Positions 1-12,297 of a stretch of DNA of 64,000 bases are shown piece by piece; position 1 is the stretch's first letter, and the number at the start of each line of letters is the position of its first letter. The position numbers were made by a program, and so were the translations under genes. This DNA comes from Vermamoeba vermiformis (taxonomy: Eukaryota), in NCBI GenBank assembly GCA_045837725.1, contig JBEWZL010000198.1, positions 124,001 through 188,000 of the forward strand. Reading direction: 5' to 3'. A model generated the notes under the pieces. That model was not told the origin of the DNA, did not search any database, and saw nothing but the letters and a program-made list of their open reading frames with translations.

Positions 1-1779
1 GATCATGAACACCGAGGCGACTCCTGCGCAAGTGGGTGCATTCTTAGTATTACTGAAGTACGTAGAATACGTTTTATATGGTATTAAGCTGCTTTCCTAT
101 CCGAATTTTCTAGCCAATTTTCAGCTTCGAGAAGAAATTTTTAGATAATTTTAAAAATTACAAAATATACCTATAATACTATAATATGCTTTTAAAATAG
201 TTAAACATTATTCTAATAATTATAAATAAATATCAAATTTTATGCCAATAAGTTTACGCTCCAGCCGCTCCGTATTCGTTACGCTTTGTTCTAATAGCGT
301 CATATTATATTAGATCACATTACATATCCCCGCAAGTCCTTCACGAGTGTTCGCAAGTCCTCCTCGGCTACGCTATGCGTTGTCACGTGGAGTCCAATGA
401 ACCTGTGCTGGACATTGTAGGCACAGGCGGTGACTCGTCATCGATTGATACATTCAACGTCAGTACTGCTGCTGCTATTGTTTGTGCAGCCGCGGGGCTA
501 AGGATATCCTTAACAACTTATAACTACAAAATGAACTTTCAGACCATTTTTATTCTCGTTCAAAATTTTTCAATATCCGTAATTCAAATTAGCCGCTAAT
601 ACCTTATATTTATCGATACTATAAGAGTATATAATACAATGTATATTAAAGCAAGTATCTCCTTAACTGACGATCACGTGGCCAAACACGGCAACAGATC
701 TAACTCCGGCAAATGTGGCAGCGCTGATTTTGTCGAGGCTTTAGGTACGATAATATACTATGTAGGTACCGTAATAACAATATATTATAGGTGCAAATAT
801 TGCAGCGGATTGCTCAGTGGCACAAGAGGCGTTGAACAAAACTGGCTTCTCGTTCTTGTTCTCGCAGAAATTTCATCCGACAATGAAATCAGTTGCGCAA
901 ATTAGACGAGAATTAGGCGTGAGGACGATATTTAACATATTAGGACCGTTAGTCAATCCTGTCAGGCCTGCTTATATTGTTGCTGGTACGTACGGATCCA
1001 ACAACCAGTTCAAATTTCTCAGAATCAATCCACATATTATTTACAAATATAACATTGTTAATCTTGCTTAATTATGCTAATGAGGCAGCAGTTTGTCGTC
1101 AAACATTTATTCTAATGAATGGTTTGTTATTGATGCAGGTGTGGGTACCAAAGAACTAGGTCCGCAATACGCCAAGACGTTAGCGCTGAACACAGATCTC
1201 AAGCGCGGCATTGTCATTCACAGTTCACTCGGAGTCGATGAGTTGTGCACGCAGGGTGAGACGCACGTGTGGGTCGTGGAGAACGGGCAGATTGAAGAGA
1301 CGACTTGGAGCCCAAAGGACTTTGGCTTGCAAGAACATCCTATTGAGGCTTGTGCTGGTACGTTTGTTCGTTACAAACCCGATCTGTTTTTTCATTTTTT
1401 TATGGTTACAAATTTATTTGCATTTCATGAACTCTTTGAAGCCCAAATAGCGTCCATACCGTATTATAGACTAATACCATTCATTATCATTATTAATGTG
1501 ATGATTTTTGATGAAGTTATATGTCGCTAACGGGTGTATTAATATACAGGTTCCACGGCACCAGAGAACGCAGAAATGTTCCGACGAATCTTGCGCGGTG
1601 AAGACAAAGGCGCCGTACTGGACTTCTTATTGATGAATTGTGCAGCGGCGTTGTGGTTATGTAAAAAAGTGACGAGTTTGGTTGAAGGCGTGGATCTGGC
1701 ACGAAAGACGATTGAGAACGGCAAAGTTACAGCGTTATTGGATCAGTACATTAGTATCACGAACACGTGTAGCAATTAA
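1..1779 (+). CDS. trpD: Anthranilate phosphoribosyltransferase, 5' end outside window, multi-exon
   Basis: Spliced product has TPAQVGAFL, DIVGTGGD, TFNVST, VAKHGNRS-SGKCGSAD, RTIFNILGPLVNP and GVDEL motifs; stop at 1779. Confidence 0.95.
504..677 (+). other. U12-type (minor spliceosome) AT-AC intron in trpD
   Basis: 5' end ATATCCTT at 504, branch motif TCCTTAAC at 660-667, terminal AC at 676-677; removal joins AAAGLR|VAKHGNRS in phase 0. Confidence 0.93.
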
Positions 1780-1913
1780 AAGTTCAACGTCTTTTCAGAT
1801 CTTATGAAATTTCGGGGTTTTTATTTGGCTCAAAACAGGTCGTCTGTTGCTGCCCAGATTGTATATTTATTTATTTTATTTGATTGTAGTACCACACGAG
1901 AAATATTTTATCG

Positions 1914-2881
1914 ATGGAGCATAAGCCAGTTTATACACCAAAGCAAGCTGTAAATTTTAAAGGTGCCCTTCATTCGGATCTGACGTGCGTTGAAGACAAA
2001 ATAATTTTTAATTGATTTAGGATTACAAAAAATAGTGTCAGGTGGCCAAACAGGTATTATTCTGATTTATTTAATCGATAATAATTGAGAGATTAATTCT
2101 GCGAATTTACAGGAGCCGACAGAGGAGGGTTAGAAGCAGGAAAATTGTTAAATATATTAACGGGAGGTAAAGAATATTGTTTCCACTTTTTTTCTTCTCG
2201 GGTGATCCAATAGGACCGATCCACAATATTCCAACCAGTTTCCCAACTGTGTTTTCAAGCTTGTCAGCACGATTATACCTTATAATAACTCAAATTCCGT
2301 AGGAATTGCCCCAGCTGACTATAAAACGGAAAACGGGCCTGATCCGTCATTGAAAAAGTTTGGATTGACAACAATTGCGGGCAGTTACGTAGCACGAACA
2401 AAAGAAGTATGGGTTTGCGCTATGGACGTATAATATTGACCATTTTTCCTTAGAATGTAATTCAATCTGATGGTACATTGGCGATCCGATTACACGATAG
2501 TAATGGAACAGATAAAACTATTGGTTACGCACACGATAAGACATGGCACCCCGCTTCAACATCTAAAGACGATGGGTTCAGGTAATAATATTTTAATAAG
2601 GTTAATAAATCGCTTACAATTGATTTTTAAGACCTGTACTGGTGATCGACAATTTGGATCCGGAAAGGTTCGAAGAAAACGCCAAGTTATTGACAGAATT
2701 TATTACGAGGAATAGAATTAAAGTACTTAACGTGGCTGGTCATCGACAAACTACAGCAGGCATCGAGAATTATCAAGAAAAAGTGACTGATTTCTTAGTG
2801 AGGGCTTTGCCACCAGTACTGGATGTTGAAACAAACGCTATATTAAGTAAATACGCTAAAAAATCAGTAGGAAAGAAATAA
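1914..2881 (+). CDS. Circularly permuted YpsA-like SLOG protein ('putative molybdenum carrier' family), at least 5 introns
   Basis: Spliced: KIVSGGQTGADRGGL..TGG.AP..YKTENG..FGL..Y..RTKENV..SDGTL..RPVLVID..IKVLNVAGHR. An extra upstream exon from ATG 1804 is possible. Confidence 0.8.
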
Positions 2882-3419
2882 AAAAATCTGTAGTAAAATG
2901 GCACTGCCTTATCGAATTGCTCTAGTTTTCAATGAAGTTCTTTTTGGCAGCACCACAACCACAACCCATTGATGTAGACCTTTCAAATCCATCAAATAAT
3001 AGGTATAAAAGATACGCCTAAACACGGGTGTATACGTTGTTACGCACGTAACAACTGTCCTATTGCTAAATCCAGCCGCGTATCTTAGACGTCATGTTTT
3101 ACCGAATTGATTATTTATATATTCAATTCACAGCTACTGTAATATCCTTGTAAAGCTTTAATGTGCCAGTTTTTGGTTTAATTTAAAATTTTTTTGTTCA
3201 GATGCGACCGATTTCTGGGACTGTCGCCTGTAGCTGAATCAGAATGGAGAAGTGCGGAAAATTTGAGAATATTCTAATACAACTGTGGGTTAAATTAAAT
3301 TCGCAAAATGTCAGAAGAGCGCATTCTCAAGAAGATGCTAATGCTGAGAAGATTCTGGTCGAGCAGACAGATATAAAAATCAACACTCTTGATACAATAT
3401 ATTCAATTACAAACCAGAG

Positions 3420-4652
3420 ATGAACACCACACGATATCCTTTCAACTTGCAAGAATTTCGCGCTCTCAATCTCGATCCGGATGCGTGCACTTCTTTGGAG
3501 CTCCAGAAAGATAAGGATAGCTACGACTCTTTATGCAAGTACTTGACCGAAGTATGTGGTTGCAACACGAGCTATCGACTTGGTTCACAATCAAATATCG
3601 ACGAGGAAGATAAGCAAGACGAAGGATCTGTTTTGGTTTTGGGCCTAGGCAACTTCAAGGTTGAATTCGAAGGCGAGACTATGCACGTCATTCACACTGC
3701 ACATGGAAAGCCAGTCGGTACCAGTAGAAGCGCTGTTTACTTACAAACACTCGTCTTGGTGGTGGATGGCGCCGGCAAGAAGGATCTGCTCAAGAAATTC
3801 ATCGACCATGTTGAAGAGTGGGATAATAAGGTCAACAAGGCCCTTATTAACATCTATTCATTCGATGTGGACTACAAGTACTGGCCCAAAGCCATCGTCA
3901 AGCGAAAGCGTGGAATGGACACGGTGATCTTGCCTGAGACCATCAAAAAGAAGATTGTGAACGATATTGACGCCTTTATCACTAAGGATACTGCGCGTTG
4001 GTACGCTCAACATGGTATTCCATATAAGAGAACTTATCTGCTGTATGGTCCACCTGGTACTGGAAAGACATCCACCATCGCCGCTTTAGCCTCCCACATT
4101 GACCGACATATCGCCTATTTGCACATCTCTGACCCCAAGATGACGGACAACCTCTTGAAGACAGCCTTGCAGAAGGTGCCGAAGAACTGCATTATTGTTT
4201 TGGAAGATGTGGATTCGCTCTTTACAGCGGATCGCAACAAGCTCGAGAATATTCCATTATCCTTTAGTGGTCTATTGAACGCATTGGACGGCATTGGTGG
4301 CAAGGACGCCTCAATCTTCGTGCTTACTACAAATCATATCGAACGATTGGATCCGGCTTTGATTCGTCCTGGTCGTGTAGATATGCATGTGGAATACCCT
4401 TCTGTTATTACGGACGAACAGATTCAACAAATGTTCTTGCAGTTCTATCCTGAAGCAGATGCCGCCCTTTCATCCGAATTCGTTGAACGAGTCGCGAATT
4501 TCCGTTCAACGCACCGAACTTTGAGTACTGCGACCTTGCAACAATATTTCATTGCGCACAGAACATCAGACGCACGAGAGGCAGTCGACGCAGTTGAAGG
4601 AATGCCATTGCCTTACAGCAAGGTCAATCTTGGTTCGTTGCTGTACACCTAG
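3420..4652 (+). CDS. BCS1-like AAA+ ATPase, intronless
   Basis: 410-aa ORF with WY..HGIPYKRTYLLYGPPGTGKTS (Walker A), IIVLEDVD (Walker B), SGLLNALDG and LDPALIRPGRVD. Confidence 0.9.
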   Translation: MNTTRYPFNLQEFRALNLDPDACTSLELQKDKDSYDSLCKYLTEVCGCNTSYRLGSQSNIDEEDKQDEGSVLVLGLGNFKVEFEGETMHVIHTAHGKPVGTSRSAVYLQTLVLVVDGAGKKDLLKKFIDHVEEWDNKVNKALINIYSFDVDYKYWPKAIVKRKRGMDTVILPETIKKKIVNDIDAFITKDTARWYAQHGIPYKRTYLLYGPPGTGKTSTIAALASHIDRHIAYLHISDPKMTDNLLKTALQKVPKNCIIVLEDVDSLFTADRNKLENIPLSFSGLLNALDGIGGKDASIFVLTTNHIERLDPALIRPGRVDMHVEYPSVITDEQIQQMFLQFYPEADAALSSEFVERVANFRSTHRTLSTATLQQYFIAHRTSDAREAVDAVEGMPLPYSKVNLGSLLYT

Positions 4653-5105
4653 ACAATTAGGCCGTAGTTGCACCTTGTAAGTTGTAAATTAGTCAAAAAA
4701 ATTAAATTGTAAATAACTAGCAAGTACGAGTACGCTTTATCATTACCATAGGTATTGTGACTTGCATAAAACATACGCTTCGAAGAGAAGAAAGCGCGTT
4801 TTTGCTTACTACTAAAAAAGGAAAGTGTTCTTTCGTAATCGAAGAAAATTTGGTTTCGCATTCTACTTTTTTTGGCGTCCAACTTCCAACCTAACCACCC
4901 CTTTTGGTCCAACTTGCATTAAATATTATTATTACCAACCACAGTACTCTTTCCTTGCAAAGTACGTTGTTTATAATACACATTCTCTGCCTCTATTTTT
5001 ATTCAGAAAATGGTTGGCCGAATTAAATTGTACCTACAGAAAAAAGTGGGCTATTCCAAAAAAGGCGTCGCGCTTTATTTGAATTAATTATTTGAAGAAG
5101 AGATC

Positions 5106-7516
5106 ATGGCTCGTACTAAGATAAATAAGGACGTAAGTTAGCCCTATTATATTGGAGGAGCCCTGTCAGCCGGATTTGTACCGGGATCTAACGCTAAAAT
5201 AATAGGGAGTCCAAGGCTTCTATGATATATTTCAACTTGCTTTGCGGCACCGAAGAGGCTTGTACGCCTTTATTATTATCGGCAAGTACAGAATGGTAGT
5301 AGGTTTTGTACGAATCTGGCTAATTTCTTAAATGTAGGTCGTCTCATTACCGGTGCCTTGCCAGCAGTAAATGCATATTTTTACGGTCTTATGACTGAAG
5401 TTATTCGAACTCTGAAGCCAGGCGACGACTTCAAGCAAACGGACTTTTTTACTTATTTCTTGTTGCTTTTGTCGTTCGATATCTTCGCTCAATTAATTAC
5501 TGTGGTCCCTAATGCCCTACTACGTCGTCACGTATCAGTATGCCTTCGACGATTGGCTTTGGAAGGTTTATTGAACAAAAAGGTAAGAGATTTGGATTTG
5601 GAGTACTAAATTCAATAGACCTTGTGTTAATATTTTCGCAGATGACATTTTTCGAACAATATTCTAGTGGTCAATTACTTGCCAAATCAATGAACGGTAT
5701 AGCTGCAGTTGAAGCCTTGATCAACACGATCCCTGGCGTAAATATCAACAAATTAATTTAAATATTCCCGTATTAATTAGAAAATATTATCTTTCATACA
5801 GATGATCGGCACGTTATCGCAAATTATTTATTCAACAATTTTGGCATTCCAACTGAACTGGAAATTGTCCCTGATCGCCTTGTGCGTCGTGCCTCCTCAA
5901 GTAGCCATCATTTTAATTAGCAGAAAGTATCGTTTGAAGAATGCAAAGATGATTCGAGAGACTTCTGCTCAAACGGGAGGATTTTTGGGTGAGACAGTGC
6001 GAGCAATGCGCATTGTTTTTGCCTACGTGATTGAAGGCTTTATTTCGCGACGATTCAAGTCCCTGACGACTAAATGGAAGAAAATCTATAAGGACATGTT
6101 GTCTATTGAAGTCTCGACAGCTTTCATTCAATGTAAGTTTGACCACATCCAGAAACACCTGATCTAACTTTCTTATTTCAACAGCTTTGATTAACCAAGG
6201 TGTTACTGTCGCTTTCTTCTTGACAGCTTTTGACGATTTGGCCAATCCTAAGCCCGATGATCCCGATATTACAGGTCAAAAGATTATGACCGTCTATTTC
6301 TCTGCTACATCCGTTCAAAGTGCTCTTAGTTCGGTAAGAATATAATTATTATTCAATCGTATTACCTCAATCTAATCATTATATTCCAGATGTTGGGTCT
6401 TATTCCCGATTTGATCAAGAATCAGGCTCTCGCTAAGGACGCGTACGATCTGTTGCGAGGCTTGCAGATCGAGAACTTGACGCACCCGCCAGAGGACTAC
6501 TCGACCGACCCTAATGCTCGCGGCGAGATCGAGTTCCGCAACGTCACATTCGCTTATCCCTCTGACCCGCCAGTGACTGCTTTGCACAAGAGTCTCGTTC
6601 AGAGTTGGACCGGGTCAACACATCGCTTTAGGTACGTTACACTTTATTTACTATAACTCGCAAATATATTACTGTATAGTACCCGAGACCAACGAAGTAT
6701 GTTATAAATAGTGGGTTCGTCCGGTGCAGGCAAGTCGACAATTTTGGCGCTCATCTTGCGGTTCTACGAGGGTCTGGCTGAAGGATCCGTGACGTTTGAC
6801 GGGCAAGACGTGACAACGCTCGATTACAAATGGCTGCGCAGACAAATGGCCATTGTGACGCAAGAGCAGGTCTTGTTCTCGGGCACGATCAAAGATAACA
6901 TCGCTTTGGGTGCTGAAAATGTTAGCATGGAAGAAATTGAAACCGCTGCGAAGGTACGAAAACACTTTAGTGCGCTACTTAAACGCAGCATATGACTAAT
7001 GTGTATATAGTTGGCTAATGCACATAGCTTCATTGTTGAACTGCCGCTCGGTTACATGACGCAGTGCGGTGAAGCCGGTGTGAAACTCTCAGGAGGTCAA
7101 CGCCAACGCATTTGCATCGCTCGTGCTCTGTTGCGCAAGCCTAAGGTCCTTACTGCTCGATGAACCTACTAGTGCCTTGGATAACGGTACGGATCTTGAT
7201 CGCATTGATGTGTTTAACGAGAAAGTACTAACATGCCTTATAATTGATTATAGAGAGTGAAAAAGAAGTACAAAAGACTCTTGAACAGATTTCAAAGCAA
7301 GTTACGACTATTAGCATTACGCATCGTTTGCACACGGTCAAGAATGCTACCTGCATCCACGCTATGCACCGCGGTCAAATTATCGAGTCTGGCACGCACG
7401 AACAGTTGTTGAGCAAGAACGGATTGTACGCTGCTTTGAGCAAATTGGGCGAGATTGATCAACAAGTCGCTAAGCCTCCACCAGATGTTAGACCTGGTCG
7501 TAGTGAAACTTTGTAA
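5106..7516 (+). CDS. ABCB-type half ABC transporter (TMD-NBD), multi-exon, two apparent +1 insertions (6590/6591, 7149/7150)
   Basis: TM helices followed by [46 protein letters not shown] and THRL. Confidence 0.9.
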
Positions 7517-7755
7517 AGTACTTCGGAATCTTACAATAAATTATCACATATATATAGCAGCTTAATTTACCTCTTATACTCTTATATGTTCCTATCAAAC
7601 CTTTCGTTCACAATCCGCGAGTTTTTTTGCACGTGCGAGCCATTTTTCTCGTTCAGCTGGTGGTCGCTTCAAATTTGTTATTGTATAATTCATTGTGCAC
7701 AAAAGCACTAATATATCTATTTCTATTATCGCCAAACGAGTCGTGACTTGAACAA

Positions 7756-9114
7756 ATGAAAGGAGTGAAGCTAGATCACGTTGCGTGCGCTGTAAAAAAG
7801 ATAGAAAATTGCTTTACCTTGGTAAAGAAGCTTAGTGGCATTCCATTGAAAGGTAAGGTTGCATAGGGCGGTGTTGTTAGCATGTTGGGTCGTTTTTGGA
7901 TCACATCTGCATTAAAATTGCTTTCCAAAAATTATTTTTAATCCGAGAAAATAAGCATTAGCATATTTTACATGTTTTATATTCGTATATATTACTAGTT
8001 AATTAATTTATAATTTAGGAGGTCAAAATTCCGAATTTCGTGGCGGTCAATGGCTGACAATGAACAACGCCAAGTTAGAAGTACGTTTTAATTATATAAA
8101 ATACACGTATTATTTTAAGTACTAATTTTGGTATTAATGTGTAAAGCTAATTGAACCTGTGGGTGAAGATCACGAGAACAACTTTTTACATAAATTTTTG
8201 AACAAACGAGGACCAGGTAATTTTAGCATTTTAAACCTTAATATCGATACTAACGCATTATATATAGGCATTCATCACGTGACTTTCACTGTTCCGTCAT
8301 TAGCAGAAGGTACAGCGCGATTAGAACACTTCATTTCCAAATTAGGAAAAGTCACTAATGATATTCGTTCTAAGCCATTAAACGCGCTCAAAAGCTTAAT
8401 TTCCAAGTACTTGATGTCGATGAGAGCAAGCCTCACTGGAAAGAAGCGTTTTTGCATCCCAAACAGACAATGAACATGTTGATCCAACTCGCCGAACATA
8501 ATCCTTCGTTAGCTAAGCCTGGCGAGGCTTGGGACGGTAATTGGTCAGGTAATTAATACGAGTATATAATTATATACGTATTGTACTGTTATTTTGTGAG
8601 TTGGAATAGGATTTAAATTTGGATGTGTTTTTAGGATTCCAAGGCTATCCTCCTAAGGGTGCTACCGAAGATTTCCGTATTAAGGGTTTATCTGGCGTCA
8701 ATTTATTGACCAAACAAGAGAATTTAAGTCACGCTCAACGCGTATTTTGCGATTTGTTAGGCGGTGAGATGCATCAACCTTCTTCATTCCCAGTACTCGT
8801 TCCTTCACGGTTCTATGTATTCACTTGGCCTGATTCACCATTGAATATTGCTATTAATATTGAGGTAGGTCAATATGAAGTAATTAGAACGAATTTAAAT
8901 TTCGGTGATCTTTTTTTGGTTTGTGGATGCAGCCTTTCAGTTTTAGGCACTAATTTAACTTTATGTTATTATGTAGCTTTATAAAGAGCAGAAGGCAAAA
9001 GAAGGTCCATTAGGCATTGAAATGCTCGTTAGTCGAGACTACAATGATAGAAGCATTATTGATCCGGATCTCGGTGCTATTTTGATTCCTTTGGTTAAGA
9101 ACTCGTCTCAATAA
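7756..9114 (+). CDS. VOC/glyoxalase superfamily protein (methylmalonyl-CoA epimerase-like N-terminal domain plus C-terminal extension)
   Basis: Spliced: LDHVACAV..KLELIEP..FLHKFLNKRGPGIHHVTF..WKEAFLHPK..LIQLAE. Confidence 0.75.
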
Positions 9115-9389
9115 TGCCAGTTACTAATAAATATAGTTTTTCATCCATAGGCTAGCTCATGAATTCTTCTTACGGATCCCCCGTTACACGCGTCAAGAAA
9201 AATCAACATTTGCGACCTATTATTTTTTGTTAACGACAAAATTATTCAGCTATCTGCAGTGAAGCAACAACATTGCATAATAATCACAAAGTAGCTACTT
9301 TTGCTTGTTCGACGAGCAAGCAAATCCAGCCAGATTGTAACGAAGGATCCACGAGAGGAATCAAAAACTAGCTTTGACCGACGCATTTA

Positions 9390-11731
9390 ATGAACACAAA
9401 ATTATTATTAATTTTGGCAATATGCTTGATTGCGATTTCTTCGTAAGTAGCTCGAGTTTGAATAGATCTGAAAAATCAATTAATTGCCAAAATTAGAACA
9501 TTAGCTCTGGGCACATTAGAAGGCACTATATACATTAAATCAACCAAAAAATATAGCGGTATGGTGATATTCTACGTAGACTTCGAATTTTGTATTGACA
9601 CTTTCATTTCAGATCCTCAAGTTGTTATTCAAGCCTTCTCTTGTGCTGTTGATCAGCATGGCAACCCTTCATTTGCATGGACTAATATTTATGCCTACCC
9701 GCCTGTTGCACAATTCACATTCGGATCCAGCAGCGGCGCGAGTTTGAATTTTGAGATCAAATTGCCTTCTAATAACTACTACGCGTAAGTTTGTTAAAAA
9801 TATAACATTATTAATTAACTAACAATTATGTTTAGTCTTTTTGCGTTCTTGGATGCGAATAATAACGGAGTTATTGATTTGGATCGAGCCGAGCCACTTG
9901 GTTGGTACACGACACAGCCGCGCGGACCCTTCGTCCCTGTCTATGTCAAAGAGAATAGCATTACTGCAAATATGTCTATTACTCTAGAGCCATCGAACCC
10001 ATTTGATTATCAGTTCACTAGCAAGATTGGTACGTAGACTTGGATATGCCGTTCAAACCTACTTTTGAAACACGAAATCTCATTTGAAATTTCAGAGCGT
10101 GAGTTGTCATTGAACGGTACTTTAAAGCTCGTCGATGGCTTTAACGTGATGCATTTGCGCGGTGATCCCGTGTCACGTGGATACGCCCATGGAGCTCTTG
10201 CTGGCAAGCAGATCCTCGATTGGTTCAGGTACAAAACAAAGATATTTATCAACTCCAATTACTTACTATATACAAGGTTCTATTTGCTCGAGCAAACAGT
10301 AAAATCAGCGTCTTTCTACGAGTCAAACTTCGTTCCATTCCTTCGCCAAAACTTCACGATGGATCCTGACTTCAAAAGCGAAGCAGAGGCTGTAATTCGC
10401 GGAATGAAAGATTCTGGTGTCAAGCTCTACGTCGTAAGTTATTTTAGCATCAATGCTATTGTTCTTACAAAAAATTTAGGATGAAATAGGACGCGAGTTT
10501 TCGGTGATTGATATTCTGGGCATTAATGCGTACATTGAACTCGGGGGCTGCAGTCAGTTCGTGGCTTGGGGCTCGCAAACACATTCACAGCAAACTATTG
10601 CGGCTAGAAACATGGACGGTGAGATTGAACCGAGAAAAATCACAGTTAGTCATTTGACCATGTTTTTGATCGATCCAAGCCAAGACGAGATTGCTCAAGG
10701 TAAATACTACGATAACATTATTAGTAGTGGTATAATAACAAACATTAATAGGTCGTAAGCGATATATTTCGATCATGTGGCCGGGTTTCATTGGCACGTT
10801 GACCGGCATTAACGAGCACGGTTTGTACGGCATGATGGACACTGGTCATACTTGGGACGGTCCTGCTGTACAGAACTTGCGTCCTGGTACGTGATTCCAA
10901 AATATCTCGTGAAAACAACTACTGCAAGCGTTTCTTCAACGTGCGCAATGACACGTGTCAGTCGATTGACGTTTTGTTCTTTGTAGTTTCTTGGGCACTT
11001 CGTGAGGCACTGTTCACGTTAAAACCAGAAGAAGCACAGCCTAATGTCACATTGCACGTGATGAATAAGTTCAAATCGACTGGCGGTGGAATTTCATTTT
11101 CAGGAGCCATCCTCGTGTTCGCACGACCCTCGTTCCAATTGATAGAAACAACTCCTACAAATACTCCTGGATACGGTAAGAACTATATTGTATTCTCTAC
11201 TATCGAGTATTAATGGTTATTTTTGCGCAGTGTTTGAAGGCGACAAGTACAATGGAATCATGAGACTTCCTGTAAGTTAAATTGATACTTCCAAGTTAGT
11301 ATTGTTTATAATATGCATTCGATTGTAGGCACAAGTCGATCCTATTCAAAATAACTGCATTATGGCGACGAATCATTTCTTGATCTACGGAGCAGATCCG
11401 TTCAATCCAGATCTGAACTTTGGTGCGCCAATATCGTTCAGTTCGAAGTACCGCTATTATACTGGCATGATGGCGCTTGCAGTCCTGGAACAGAACGAAC
11501 CACTTGATCAGTCCTGATCTTGCTCGTCAATGGCTACAACGTGTTTGCCATGGCAGTACCGAGCATAGTGTTATTTACACGCCCATCTACGACGCAGCGA
11601 CGAAGAAAACTCGTGTAGTATTCCACGTAGCCAACGCGAACATGAATCCGTCAGTGTGGGATGCGCCGTACCAAAACTTCAAGAGCTTCGAGTTTGGCGA
11701 GTTATTTTCGAAAATTAGCTTAGCTAACTAA
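9390..11731 (+). CDS. Secreted Ntn-hydrolase (peptidase C45 / acid ceramidase-like) with extra N-terminal domain; +1 insertion at 11476/11477
   Basis: Signal peptide MNTKLLLILAICLIAISS; LRGDPVSRGYAHG; GGCSQF (Cys nucleophile); ARNMD; GTLTGINEHGL; ATNHF. Confidence 0.75.
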
Positions 11732-11804
11732 ACTTTAATCGAAATATCTAGTAAAAGTAAGATTTATTGCGCTTTGAGACCCGATATTAAATTTTGTCTC
11801 CAAG

Positions 11805-11915
11805 TCAAGCAATGTGTGACGAAAGGCGTGTTGACGCTGCCAAATTGGCGACGGATGATTGGGTCGTTCGTACTCCACTGACATGTGACTGCGATGATTG
11901 CAAACCGGTAAGAAA
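11805..11915 (+). pseudogene. Orphan fragment of the 2OG-Fe(II) oxygenase family C-terminal exon
   Basis: RRVDAAKLATDDWVVRTPLTCDCDDCKP|gtaag matches KRVAAAKARADDWSVQSAVSCKCAECKP|gtaag at about 19300-19385, including the donor position. Confidence 0.7.
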
Positions 11916-12297
11916 CTCTCAACACTTATCGAATACCTTATTAGGCATAGAGCGCCATTCTAATATTAATTTACGTTAGTTAATGAATCGGTAGTGGCAA
12001 CTCAAAGACGAGATCGTTCCTTTGCGGGAGTACAACGAGTCGCATTAAGCGACCCTACAACACGTTAACATGTTGGCGAGTCTTATCAAAAGGGTAGAAC
12101 GAATATTTGGCTTTGCGACCCTGGAATTAAAGAATTTTTGTATTTTCAGGGGCGACCACGTTTTTCAGTCACGCCAACTTGAATACCAAAAAGGGCACAT
12201 CGACATCAATTTAGTGAGACAAAAGATACATTAGGAGATAGCGTTCGACAATGCTGCGAGGATTTCGACCCTAAACAAATTCCGATTTTTAAATTCA

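Noticed and set aside
3142-3149. ATATCCTT near 3142 (and near 3434) as U12 donors
   Set aside because: One is intergenic and the other is inside an open ORF; neither has a matching branch motif and AC.
7146-7155. Ty1-like CTT-A programmed +1 frameshift as the general explanation
   Set aside because: Only 4 of 11 sites have in-frame CTT, and in-frame CTT-purine occurs elsewhere without a shift (e.g. 53221).
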